In this document: one piece after another, positions 14,922 through 27,471 of the stretch
Position numbering within the stretch: position 1 is the stretch's first letter
Layout of the letters: every line of letters begins with the position of its first letter
From: Trichodelitschia bisporula
Taxonomy: Eukaryota
Direction: 5' to 3'
DNA: 64,000 nt
NCBI GenBank assembly: GCA_010356995.1
Contig: ML996691.1
Span: 750,174 to 814,173 of the forward strand
The notes under the pieces: generated by a model
What the model was told of the DNA's origin: nothing
Database searches by the model: none
The model's input: the letters and a program-made list of their open reading frames with translations, nothing else
Position numbers and translations under genes: made by a program

Positions 14922-15736
14922 ATGGCCCACTGCGTCGCCTGTCAGCTGCCTCTGATGGTGGAGGTGGAGTCGGACAGCGACAGTGGATCGGATGTCGAGA
15001 TGGGCGAGTCCAGTGCATCTACAGCTCGCCACGGCGCAGAAACAGTTCCGGACGATGTACATTTACAGTGCGGCTGCCATTACCATTGGTATGTTCACTC
15101 TACTAAGCTGGTTGCTGTGCTTGACAACACGGTAGGCAATGTCTCATCGATGCCTACGAACAGGCGGAATGCCCAAACTGTGGCCGCACATTATGGAGCA
15201 CTTCCGATGAGGGCACTAACCAGGTGTTGTGCAACCTCAACAACGAAGGTGGCCTTCAGGAAAACCTGGACATCCTGCCGCTGCTCGCAGAGGAGGCATA
15301 TCTAAGGCATAACCCTCGCGAACGCAAAGCTCACGCCTTCATTGAGTTTTGCCGCGAGGGTGATATCGATGCTGTCATCGGAATGCTGCAGGACGACGAT
15401 GGCGATGAGGTCTCCATGCAAGATGGGCAGCTCGACATTCTCCGCTATCAGGATCCGCTTGGCAACATGCAGTCCGGTCTTCATGCTGCGGTCACCGCCG
15501 AGAGCCGAGAAATCGTCTGGTTGCTGCTTCTCATCGCATCGGAGTTGGAGTTGGAGAAGTTTCCCACCGAAGTACTGCAACAGGCGAACGTGCTGGGTGT
15601 CGAGCGGCCAGATCAGCGTGGGAAGGTGGATATTCGGAAGTTGCGTGATATTGAAGGTAGAAGCGCCGAAGATGTTGCCGTTGAGCTTGGTGGGGTGTGG
15701 ATGGGCTGGCAAGGGACAGGAAGGTTAGTGGCATGA
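14922..15736 (+). CDS. Hypothetical protein with N-terminal RING-variant Zn finger and C-terminal ankyrin-like helices; intron 15089-15135
   Basis: Spliced product MAHCVAC...CGCHYHW/QC...CPNCG, followed by FIEFCREGDIDAV...SGLHAAVTAESREIVWLLL (ankyrin-like). Confidence 0.75.
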
Positions 15737-16736
15737 ATACCGTATTAGAGCTGGTGTCCATCGTATCAAGGTCAAAACGCGCTTGAGTTCCAAGACTGGA
15801 GTCATCACGCGTGTCCAGGCCCCACAGGATCTCGGAAACTAGCCATGTGGGAGCAGGTACGGTGCTACGTAGAGTGTAATGTTAATGTCTCATCCTCCTT
15901 GGGACAAGCCGATGGAATTGTTGTGAGAGTGGGAGTTTTACAGGTTCCCTTACTTCGACATCAGGCTCAGTTGGAGGAGGACGTTCAATGGATGCGGAAG
16001 CATTTGCTTCGGATCAACAGACTTCAGTAGAGGATGTTGCTACATAACTCGAAACGCAAATGTCACGATCGCCAGGAACCGGGACCATGTGCTTCTATTT
16101 GTAGAGACGGTTGGGTTCGTGTTCACATGGCATATTACGGTAGGTGTGATATTTACGGATTAGTACTTCTTCACGCGTCGCGAAGTGCATTAGCCACTGC
16201 ACGATGGCCGCCATCTGCCGCGCCACAGAGAGATTTTCATGCAAGCCGCGCAGATCACTTCTTGATTGGCCAGAGAACAAGGCGACGTAACCATGGCGGC
16301 CCCCGTGGCTCAAGAGGCGGATATAAAGTGAACAGGGGCGCGAGCGCCAAACAATGCGCGGACTGAGGAGTTCGACAGGGTTAAACCTGCATAGAAGAAC
16401 AATACGAGTCGAATCAACGTGGGGGGGAGAGAAGGGGATAAAGCTGGACCCAAAACCTGTTTGCTTTAAGGGTTTGACGACATTCCCTTCATTGTCTGCC
16501 CGGGACTTACGCTCCAAAATGCGGAGTTGACGGACAGTATACGGATGTAGAGAGTACGTAGTACATGCGTACAGAGTGGGGACGTCAGCAGCCGATATAC
16601 GAATTTAGGTGCTTTACAGAAATGTTGCACCGATTGGTGAGATGATTCAGAGAACGAAGTTTTTGTTTGATGGGTTACGGAATAGTCGTCGTTGAATCGT
16701 CAAGATTCAAAGCCTCAGGCTACCCATTCCATATAC

Positions 16737-16756
16737 CTCTCTCTCTCTCTCTCTCT
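16737..16756 (+). repeat. (CT)n microsatellite
   Basis: Read directly from the sequence. Confidence 0.85.
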
Positions 16757-17705
16757 GGCACACTCTCCCGCTCTCTCTTCTCTACGTATTTACTCCGTAC
16801 GGTATGTGTGTGCATCTTGAATGGGGAGAGGAGAAAAGCGAAAATGCGGATGTACACGCCCAAGCCAATCAACGGTGTTTGGTGCCTGAGCCGTGCCGTT
16901 CGGCAAACACCCTTGGCGTGCCTTGGCCCCCGGACGACACTGGAATGGACGCCAAGTCGCTGTGTCAATTTCCGAACGATGCTAGCGCCCTTTTTAAGGC
17001 TGATTTGCTTCAACGCTCGAGCCATCTTTAAGTGACTTGCTCATCGTTAATTCGTCCGTTAAGCCTGCACTAGCACAAAGATATTCTAGCGTCAGGCGCT
17101 GAGGCGGTAACGGCACGGAGCGCACAGCCCCCCCCCCAGCCCTTGGCTTCCTGCTCCTACTACGGGTACCGTACGTAGTTCGAGCGTACTGTATCCACCA
17201 ACCCCCTGGACCACTGGCAAAGCATCGAGCTCCCTCCCTCACCCTCAAGCCTCCTTCGCTCGTTCAACCCTCCCCCCATCTCCACCTTCTCCCTCACAAC
17301 TCCACCACTCACAGGAGACGGGACCCACTAGTCAACCCGCCCGCAGAGGTCTCTCTCCACATTTGCTTCTCCTCCACCCAATATTCTCTCCGACTCTCGA
17401 CATCCTCCATCTCTACCTTCGAACCTCCCCCCCCTCATCATCACTCCGTTCTCTCCCCTTCCGCCCTACGGGCAATTGATTGAAGCAGGCTCTGTCGTCC
17501 TTCCTTTACCGACCGAGTCTGTCGCATCCACTCCTTTTTCGCGAATTCACCAATCCTAATTCTTTGACCTGTACGCTGGGCGTAGTCTCTGTGAGACCAC
17601 AAAGCTTGCGCAAACACACTCTTTCATCGAATTACGGACTTCCAACGCTGTCATCGACTACATCAAAACTGCGACAGCCGTGCATCGCGCACATCGTCTT
17701 CCACC

Positions 17706-19740
17706 ATGCGCCTGAGTGCTCTCCTTGACACCCTTCTGCGTCGCGATGCCGCCCTCGAGCCGCGCCAGAAGGGTATCCTCACCCTCGTCTCTGTCGTGAC
17801 GATGACTGCGCCCAAGACCTTTGAAGGCCCCGCTGTCTTCGTCACTCCCACTATAATCGGAGGCGGTGCCGTCTTCGCATCGCGCACCGGTTCTCAGGCG
17901 GTGGCAACTGGAACGGATACGGAAACGAACGATGACGGTTCGGCCGAGACAGCTTCCGCGACCAAGGCCTCTCCGGCTTCCACAACCGCAGTTGCTCCTA
18001 CCACCCTGATTACGGCTGCTTCCAGTCCCTTGATTACCTCGTCCGCGACGAACGGTGCGGCCGCTTCGACCACAACGGCGGCTGCTAGCAAGAGCAGCTC
18101 TGGAATGTCAGGTGGGGCCAAAGCTGGACTTGCTTTCGGGATAATCATCTTGATCGGTGCGCTCCTTGGCGCATTATTGTTCATGTACAACCGCAAGAAG
18201 AAGCAGGCTACTGGTGAGCGCCTTGACGACGAGAAGGCTGCCATGCCTCGTCCTGACGCGCTTCCCGCCCACCCGGAACCGGTCCCAATGATGGCTACAG
18301 CTACCCCTCGGTCTACGGATAACTTGAACGCGCCGCGCCTTAGCCTTCGTCCCGTTACCCAGTTCGACCCCAAGTTCGGTGATCGCCGGAGCGCAATGGG
18401 TCTGAGTGCCGCCGCTAGTGTTGCCACCGCTGGTGCCGTGGTCGCTGCCCAGGATTCTCGCGGTAATCTCTTGCCTCAGCCCGCTACTCTGCCGACTGTC
18501 AACGAGAAGACAGCAAACGACCCTGCGAATCCGTTCGGAAACCATGCTGAGACCATCAACACTCCCAACGGTTCGCCGATTGTTCAAGCTGGTCCGAATG
18601 CCATCCCTATGGAGAAGATGAACGCCCCGCTGCCTGCGCCGCCCAAGACAATCGATGCCTCGGACTTCCCTCTTCCGGATTCTGCCATGGTGTCCAAGGC
18701 CCCGAGTTTCATCTCAGAGGTTCCCCCGCTGTCCAACGCTCCGTCTCACCTGTCGCTTGTCAGCCCTCCGTCCAATTCTGTTACCAGTCTCCCCATGTCT
18801 CTGCAAGTTGGCGACTCCCCTGTCTCCTCGGGTGCTGGATCGGCCGTCGCTGCGGCTGGTGTTGCTACGGCTGCCGGCGTCGCTGGTGCTGCTGTCGTTG
18901 CCGGTGCCGTCTCTGCTGGTAAGGCCAAGGACAATTCTGCCAGCAGCCCTCCTCCTGCCGAGATTGTGCACCGCGTTCAGCTGGACTTCAAGCCCTCGAT
19001 GGATGACGAGCTCGATATTCGTGCCGGTCAGATCGTGCGTGTCCTTCATGAATACGACGATGGTTGGGTAAGTTTATCATTATTTGGCTAATTGAGTACT
19101 TTTTAACCGTCTACAGGTCCTTTGCGCGCGTTTGGATCGCTCCCAGCAAGGTGTGGTTCCCCGGACCTGCCTCTCGAAAAACCCGGTCAAGCCTCGCCCC
19201 AATCCGAACCAACAGCAGCAGAACCGTCCTCGTGGTCCTCCCCCACAGAACCGCGGCTCTCCCTCTGGTCCTGCTCCCTTCGCCAACCCGGTTCCGCGTC
19301 CTTTGACACCGACAGGCCGTAAGTCTCCGGCGCCATTCCAGCAGGCTCCGCGTTCCATGACCCCGACTGGTCGCAACTCGCCCGCGCCTTACGCCCAGCC
19401 ACCGCGTGCCATGACTCCGACCGGGAATCGCCCGCGCGCCGCTAGCAACGCGTCACCGTACATGGCCTACAATCCACAGGCTCGCTCTATGTCGCCGGGG
19501 CCGTACGGTTCCGGTCAGCTCCAGACTCCCCAGCGTCCTGAACCGAACCGCCGCCGTTCCAATTCCATGGGTCAACTCTCGCAGCCGCAGTTGCCCGCAG
19601 TGGCGTCTCCTGTCTCGGCAATGAACTCCCCCGGACCTTCGTCCCCGCAGAGCCACATTGTGAGCCCTATCGGGTCGGTCATCACGCGCAAGCCGGTTCC
19701 TGGCCAATCGCCTCCCGCCGGTCCTCCCGCGCAGTCTTGA
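17706..19740 (+). CDS. Single-pass membrane protein with Ser/Thr-rich ectodomain, SH3 domain and Pro-rich tail (Fus1-like architecture); intron 19068-19116
   Basis: TM AGLAFGIIILIGALLGALLFMY followed by NRKKKQ. SH3 HRVQLDFKPSMDDELDIRAGQIVRVLHEYDDGW/VLCARLDRSQQGVVPRTCL spans the intron. Confidence 0.85.
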
Positions 19741-21310
19741 TCGCCTTGAGGGAATTACCACGAACGACATGATGAGAGTCTCCATGGCTTTTTCTTTGCT
19801 CTGCTCGGGACGGAGCTCAGCTTGTACTTACTATACCCTTGAAATTCCCCTGGGATCCTTTCCTGCACACCGACCACATTCACTCACTGGCACACGATTC
19901 CCCACATGTTCATAATGTGTGTATTCTACACTTTGTATTCTTTCCTACAACCCAAAATCAGAAAAAAAAGAGCGGTTGAGATCGCCTGTTGTGGGATGAC
20001 GTTGGGGGATGGCAATCACATGGGAGCAATGGGTGGGGGTGGTGCGAGGTTCATGGGGGTTCAAGTTTCTGCGACGCACTGAGGTCTTTACGGCCTATGT
20101 GAATCTCTGCTTTGATTTGACGGACTGGCGTGGAGTTGTCGGAATCATGTCCCATAAATCTATGGAACATGGATTTGTTGTCCCTTGTGCATCGATATCG
20201 CTGCCCTTTCACTAATGCTTTCGAGCTAGTAGTGAACTGGCCTGCTGGTATCGTCCTTCCTCGACATAGCGCGCTCGACGTACCCGAGAACTTGAGAAGT
20301 AAAATGTATGCTTTAGAAGTACTTGTCGTAAGCTCAAATAAATGCGTACTATAAAACTGTGTTATTGCCTGTGAAGTGTCGCACTGGCGGAAAGAACATG
20401 GCTCTGGGCAGTAGATTCATGAATTCCTTGAATGCCCCCTGATAAGCACTTTTCGACACAATGCATTCCGTATCAACACTCCATTCAATTTCCATGGCAG
20501 GTGTACAGGACGCTGGAGTGACGTTGAACAACCAGCCCTACACTAGTTCTAGGCTGTCCCGGGCTCCGGCAGACGTCAGCTGGTGAACCCAGACGAGGCT
20601 TGCAACACCAACCACACTCTACACTACGCACCCAAGCGAACGACATTCGTCTAGAATTAGTTCATACGCCGCTGCAGTATGCATCCTCCAGCCTTTTTAG
20701 CCCAGGTTCCATTGAGGTCTTGTACTCTTCGAGCATGTCGCACAACAACGGCCTGTCACATCCTATATTTCTGACGACACCTGACGTCGATGGGCCTTTC
20801 ATGAGGCGAAGAGCAGCGGTTTGCATGCTTAGTCGACTACGTAGGAGGTACTAATGTGTCTCTCTTATGCCAGGAGGCCCGCTCTTCTACTTCTTCGTTC
20901 TTTGTTCTGAATTGTGTGCCTGTCCCTTCGTCAGACTTCAATACCTTCACCAGCCGCATTCGGCTCATTATAATTGCTATCGACAAGTGTCTTCTATCGT
21001 TATTGGAAACCCAAGGCTGGGACTGGACGAATTGGACACGCACCTGTCGATACTGGCCCAATTTAGACTCGCAATTAGACATCGCTGGAGTTCAGAACTC
21101 GGCGGTGATTCCGAATCAGACTCGCTCCCAGACAATAAACGTAAACCCTTGGTGATTTGCCAGGTAACACTTCATCAGAATGGCAATTCGATGTACTCAT
21201 CGTGGGCTTTCCGTCCATACCATGTCGTCTATTAAAGTCCCCTCCCAATTCTCACAATTATTCAAGCTACATTCCTTTCCCAAGTGTGAGCTCCGTCGTC
21301 GCCAGTGGTC

Positions 21311-24300
21311 ATGGCATTCTTCCACTCATTTCTCGACCCTTCAACCTGGAGTGTGCTTTCTTTGATTCTCCTGTCATTCTTTAGACCTGTCATCTCACTT
21401 GGAGCAAGTACTGACACGATAACATGGGGCGGCGACAACTCTCGATGCGGATATCAAAGGTGAGTCTATTACTCCACTGGATTTGCGCTGACCATCTCCA
21501 GCAACCACAACATGGACCCTTCCGTTGTTGGGAGCGTAAACTTTGGACAGATTTTCAATGCACAGCTTCCCGGAAATTTCAATGGCATTGGTCCGGAACA
21601 GATCTTCTCCCAGCCTTTGCTTTTCACTGGCAATGATAGCGTGCAGTACATCTACGTTGCGACGACCCAGAACAACTTGTACAAGCTTGATGCCAAAACT
21701 GGTGCTATCATTGCACGTAGAAACTTGCATGTCCCCTTCTTGACGGCGGATCTGGACGGTATGGGACACAATCGTCTGACTTCCATCCATTGACAGTTTC
21801 CAGGGTGTGTCGATATCAATCCCACTGTTGGCGTAACAGCTACTGGCGCCATTGACTCTGATACAGGTAAGTAAGCATCCACAAACTGTGACAGTGGTTG
21901 ATCGTGACAGGAATCTGGTACCTCACTGCCAAAACATATTCCAGTCAATTTCAAGGCGGCGGGTTCTCACCCACCAATCCTCCAGGCCGCCTCAACGGAA
22001 GATACTTTTTTCACGGTATAGACACGCAATCACCCAATTTGACGGACATCTTCCAGCCAGTACCCTTGGACGGTGTTGTCTTCCGCAACAACCCAAACCG
22101 CATGATGGTCGGGGGTAATCAGCACTCTCGCCCTGGTCTGGTCATCGTGGGAAACTACGTCTACACCGGCTACGCGTCCCATTGCGTGCAATATAATTTC
22201 ACCGGTGCCATTATCGGTCATGACAAGCGAACCGGAGTGGTCGTTGAAGCCCTCGCCACTGAAGGCGGCCCTGAACCGAACACAGTCAAAGGTGGAGGTG
22301 TCTGGATGAGTGGCGGCGGTATCTCGTATGATGGCGCTGGCAGCTTGTTCTTCGCCACTGGCAATGGCTACGCATCGCAACTGGCGGGTATCCCCGTGCC
22401 TGGGAGACAACCGCCATCAGCGCTTGAAGAAGCTGCAGTCAACGCGAAGATCAACAGCGATGGCACGCTTTCAGTTATCGACTTCTTTATGCCCTGGGAG
22501 AAGCAGCAACTTGACGGCGCAGACAAGGATCTCGGCACGACACCGTTGGAACTACTTCCGACCGATGTTTTCGCCTGCTCCAACGTCAAGCGGATGGGCG
22601 TCGTAACGGGCAAATCGGGGAAGACGTACGTGCTCAACCTGGACAATCTGGGAGGGTACCAAATGGGCCCAAACAAGCTCGACGCGGTGGTGTTCACCTA
22701 TCAGAACGAGAATTCCGTCTATGCCGGTGCTGGTGTCATGCCTTTGGGCGGAGGGTACATCTACATCAACGTCATCAAGTACAGGACACGGGTGTTTAAG
22801 TTCAGCTGTGACGACAGCGGCAACCCGCAGTTTACTGTCGTCGCTTACACGCCAGAGTTCAACGCCAACATCTTGGGGACCGGCCACGGAACGACGACTT
22901 CACTCAACGGACAGCCGGGAACCGGACTGTACTGGGTGTCGGATGTTGAAGGCTTGAACTTGCGGATTTACGATGCTATTCCACAAAACGGGAATAACCT
23001 GGCGCTGATCAGAAGCTTCAATGCTCCAGGTATCACGAAATTTACCCGGCCTGTCTTCGGCAACGGTCGAGTGTATCTCGGGACGACTACAGGCGCGCTG
23101 TACGGCTTCGGTTGTCCTGTCAACTTGCCACTTAACTGCTCTTCGCCGTACCAGTTTGGCAACGCAGCTTTGAACAGCACGTCAAACCCAATCACAATCA
23201 CCTGCGTCGCACTTGTCCCGTTGACTATCCTTGGTAACTCTTTGGCTGGCAACCCGAACTTTGTGGTCTCTAATCTACCCCCTGCGGAATCCTCGTTCAA
23301 TGCTGGACAAACATTCCGCTTCCAGGCGAGCTTTTCTCCGAAGACTGTCGGGCCACTGTCCAGTGATGTGATCATCAACACGACAAGCCAGACTGCTGGC
23401 TACTCCACAACAACCCCTATCACGCTTCAAGGCAACGGAATATCTGCTGCGCCTCTCCTTGCTGTTAATCCGAATACCATATCGTTCAATGTTATCGTCG
23501 GAGAAGCGACTGGTGGACTCAATCAGACTGCCATCATTAGCAACCTCGGTAACAGCCTACTTCGGCTGCAGAATATTTCGTATTCTACCGTCAGCGAGAC
23601 TGGACCTTTTATCACACCCAACGTGACTTCGGCTGGAGTTCAGGTTGGGCCGTTTACTTTTATCAATGTTCCTCAGAGCATCTCTGCCAACAGCGCCACT
23701 ACTATTCTTGTCAACTACAACCCGACCAGCACCGGTAATAATGCTGTGTTCGTTTCCATCAACTCCAATGGAGGTAGCGCCGTTCTAGATGTTGTTGCCG
23801 TAGCGGGAACGTTTCCCGCAGCATTGATCGAGTTTCAAGACTACAGAGATCCAGGCAATTGGGTTCGGCTCGACAACTCCACAAGCGGATTCACTTTTGG
23901 CAACGTCACAGAAAACCGGACTAAGCAGCTTCAGCTTCGGGTTACAAATATCGGCTCGCCAAACGCCGTAGCCCTCTCAATCACGGTTTCGAAGCCGCCC
24001 TATGGCGTTCCTGGAATTGTGGGTGCGGTGAATAATGTCGATCTTGCCGAAGGGACAATCCTCGCGGCTGGCCAGCGTCAGACCGCAACACTCTTCTGCT
24101 CGGTCCCGAAGTCGCAAGTAAATGTCCCAGGCTACTCGGGTTCCGCAAACTGGACTATCAATACCGCAGACCCGAGCCTTGGGAAGCAGATATTGGTGTT
24201 TAATTGTAATGCTGTCTCAGAGCAAGTCGGGCCAACGTTCTCCAATGGCACTGCGCAGTACGCCTATGTGGGATGCTTTAGGGACAACAATCCTAGCCGA

Positions 24301-27300
24301 CAGCTCGCCACCCACATTTACACCGACGCCAGCGGCAACAGCAACGACAAGTGCATCAGTGCCTGCGCCGCAGCCGGCTGGATACTTGCTGGCACACAGT
24401 ACCAGTCCGAATGTTGGTGTGGCAATGCTATTCCGACCAGGCAGGATTTTGAGCGAGACTGCAACTACCCATGCAGCGGGAACTCCAGCCAGATCTGTGG
24501 CGGCAATGGCTACTTCAACGACCATGCTAGACTGTCTATCTTTGCGGACACCACGCGTTATCAGAACACGACTTCTGCGCCACTGTCCATCCCAGCAACT
24601 GTCAACGGATATTCGTACGTCGGCTGCTTTGCCGAGCAGAATGGCAAGGCCATGAACCAGAAGTTCACTTCGAACTCGACATCAATGACTCTTGAGCTCT
24701 GCGCGAGCTACTGTTCGTCGTACAACTTCTTCAGCGTCGAGTATGCTCAGGAGTGCTACTGCGGGTCGAGCATCAATTCTGCTGTCGCTACTCTGTCACC
24801 GGATTTGAATTGCGGCATGACCTGCAAAGGAAACAACAGTGAGTATTGTGGAGCTGGCAATTACTCACAGGTTTATACCCGCAACGGTACGAGCTCCTCG
24901 GGGCCTGGAAACAGCAGCAGCACCGCTTCAGCCTCGATTCCCTCGTCTACCGGCAACGGCATCTCCTTGAGCGGCTACACCTACATGGGATGTTACAATG
25001 AAACCCATGACCGTCGGGCCCTGAATGCAAAGATAGGTGGCGGCAACTCGAATAGCTTGGAGTCCTGCGCAGCGTATTGCCTTGGATACAGCTACTTTGG
25101 CGTTGAGCATTCAACCGAGTGCTACTGCGCGAACACAATCTACTCCAATTCGATCAAGCAGACAACGGATGTGGGATGCTCGATGCTCTGTGCCGGTAAG
25201 ACGAACGAGACCTGCGGCGGTCCGGATTTCTTGAGCGTCTACTTCACAAATTCGACGGGTGTTTCACCTTCGGGTACAGCAACTGGTCCTAACACCACCT
25301 CAACAGCCACCAGCGGGCCCGTTACGGTACAATCGGCTGGAAAATTCAACTATGTCGGCTGTTACTCCGAGATCCAAGGCCGAGCCCTCACCGGTAGCGG
25401 TGTGGCCAATGCCTCCATGACCGTCGAGCTTTGCGCAGCGTTCTGTTCCGCCTTCCAATGCTTCTCGGTCGAGTACAGCCAGGAGTGCTACTGCGGCAAC
25501 ATGCTGGCGTCCAACTCCCTCCCCGCCGACGGCTGCACAATGACCTGCGCCGGTAACAATAACGAATTCTGCGGCGGCGCAAACCGCATGAACCTCTATC
25601 AGCGCAACGACACGAACCCAACGACGCCGACAAACACCAGCGCCAGCACCGCCGGACCCACTGTCGTTCCCACAGCCAGCGGCTTCACTTCCCTGGGCTG
25701 CTACAACGATGTCCCCGGCCGAGCGCTGACCTCGCGCTCCTTCGCCAACGACTCCGCAACCGTCGAGGCCTGCGCCTCCTTTTGCGGCGGGTACGTTTAC
25801 TTTGGCGTCGAGTACAGCCGCGAGTGCTACTGCGGGACTATGCTGGATCCGGGTTCGGGGCCCGTGTCCTCGGGCTGCAACATGGCGTGCGCTGGCGACA
25901 CCAGTGAGCTGTGCGGCGGCCCTGGCACGATGAACATGTACACGCTGAGTGCGCGCGCGAATACCACGTCTGCAACCGTGCCGAGTGCGAGCCGTGAACC
26001 CGTGATTCCCCCGTCCGTTGGCGCTTACGTGTTCGTCGGTTGCTACACGGATAACGTCGGGGGGCGGGCGTTGCCGAACGTGGTTGCAAGCGATGGGATG
26101 AGCGTCGAGACGTGTGCGGACGAGGCGCGGTTCACGGCGCCACAGTTGTTCGGCGTGGAGTATGGGCGAGAGTGCTGGTTTGGTGATGTTCTTGGGGGGA
26201 GTAATACGCTTGCTGTAAGGACGGATTGCAACACTCTGTGTGTTGGTAATTCAAGCGAGTATTGCGGAGCGGGGAACCGGTTGCAGGTGTACAACCTTAC
26301 GACCATTGGGAATGCATCGACTACGGCTGGCGGATCGTCAGGTGTGGCAAGTTTGAGTTTGACGGTGTTAACGTCGTCATCCGGGATTTCGAATTCATCG
26401 ACTTCGGCCTCAGCGACGGTGTCCAGCGCGTCATTCAACAGTTCTTCGGCTGCGTCTGTGAGCGGGCTGGTTTCTGCTTCTGCGACGGCGAACTCTTCCA
26501 TGACGTCTTTGAGCAGTTCGCTTTCTGTATCGTCCACCTTCAATTCTTCGGCTACTGCCAGGAGCTCGGTTTCAGCCTCGCAGACTGGCTCCTCGGCTTC
26601 CAACACAACATTCTCTACGTCTCTTTCTTCAGTCACTTCTTCCACTCGCCCATCCAGCACTTCATCATCGTCTTCGTCTTCATTCTCCAGTTCCTCCCGC
26701 ACCACCTCCGTCCGCCCCACGCCCACAGCCACCCCCTCCGTAGCATCCTACACCCACCAAGGCTGCTACAACGAAACCACATCCGGCCGGGCCCTCTCTT
26801 CCCTCAGCACCACCAATAGCAGCATGACGCCGCAGCTCTGCGCCACCTACTGCAATGCCTACGCCTGGTTTGGCCTCGAATACAGCAGCGAGTGCTACTG
26901 CGGCACCGGCCCACGCCCGGGCTCCGCCCTCGTCCCAACGCAATCGGACTGCCGCATGCCCTGTGCCGGTGACCCGAGCCTGCTCTGCGGCGGTCCCAAT
27001 AGGCTCAACATGTACTTCTCGTCCCAGCCAGGCAAGAAGTCTGGTAATCCTAGCGTGCCCGCTGTCAGCGGAGAATGGCGGTACTACGGGTGCGTCGACG
27101 ACCATGCGCGCATTTTGCCCGACGTGCGCAGCGCGGACAACATGACCGTCGAAGGCTGCTTGGCGATCGGACGCCAGGCAGGAGCGCGGTATGTCGGCCT
27201 TGAATACGGCGCTGAGTGTTGGTATGGCAGCGCGCTGCGCGCAGCAGTGACGAATGCGACCGACAGTGCGTGTGCCACTGTGTGTAAGGGAGATAGCAAC

Positions 27301-27360
27301 CAGCTGTGCGGAGGCGAGTTCGCGATGGGGTTGTATTTGCGAAATGATACGCGGGTGTAA
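21311..27360 (+). CDS. Large secreted protein: signal peptide, PQQ-type-like beta-propeller, Ig/ASH-like domains and 8 WSC domains (3 short 5' introns at ~21460-21501, ~21759-21802, ~21867-21910)
   Basis: Spliced start MAFFHSFLDPSTWSVLSLILLSFFRPVISLGASTDTITWGGDNSR. Eight repeats of Y.Y.GC...C...C..Y..FG.EY..ECYCG...C.M.C.G....CGG, with a Ser/Thr linker before the last two. Confidence 0.9.
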
Positions 27361-27471
27361 GGTCGTGGGTCTCGTTCGTTTCTAGTAGCATATGTAATAT
27401 ATGTAATCGTGCTTCTTCTTCTTCCTCTGTTCCTCCTTCCTCACCCGCCGCCCCATGACGTGATGCGCACC

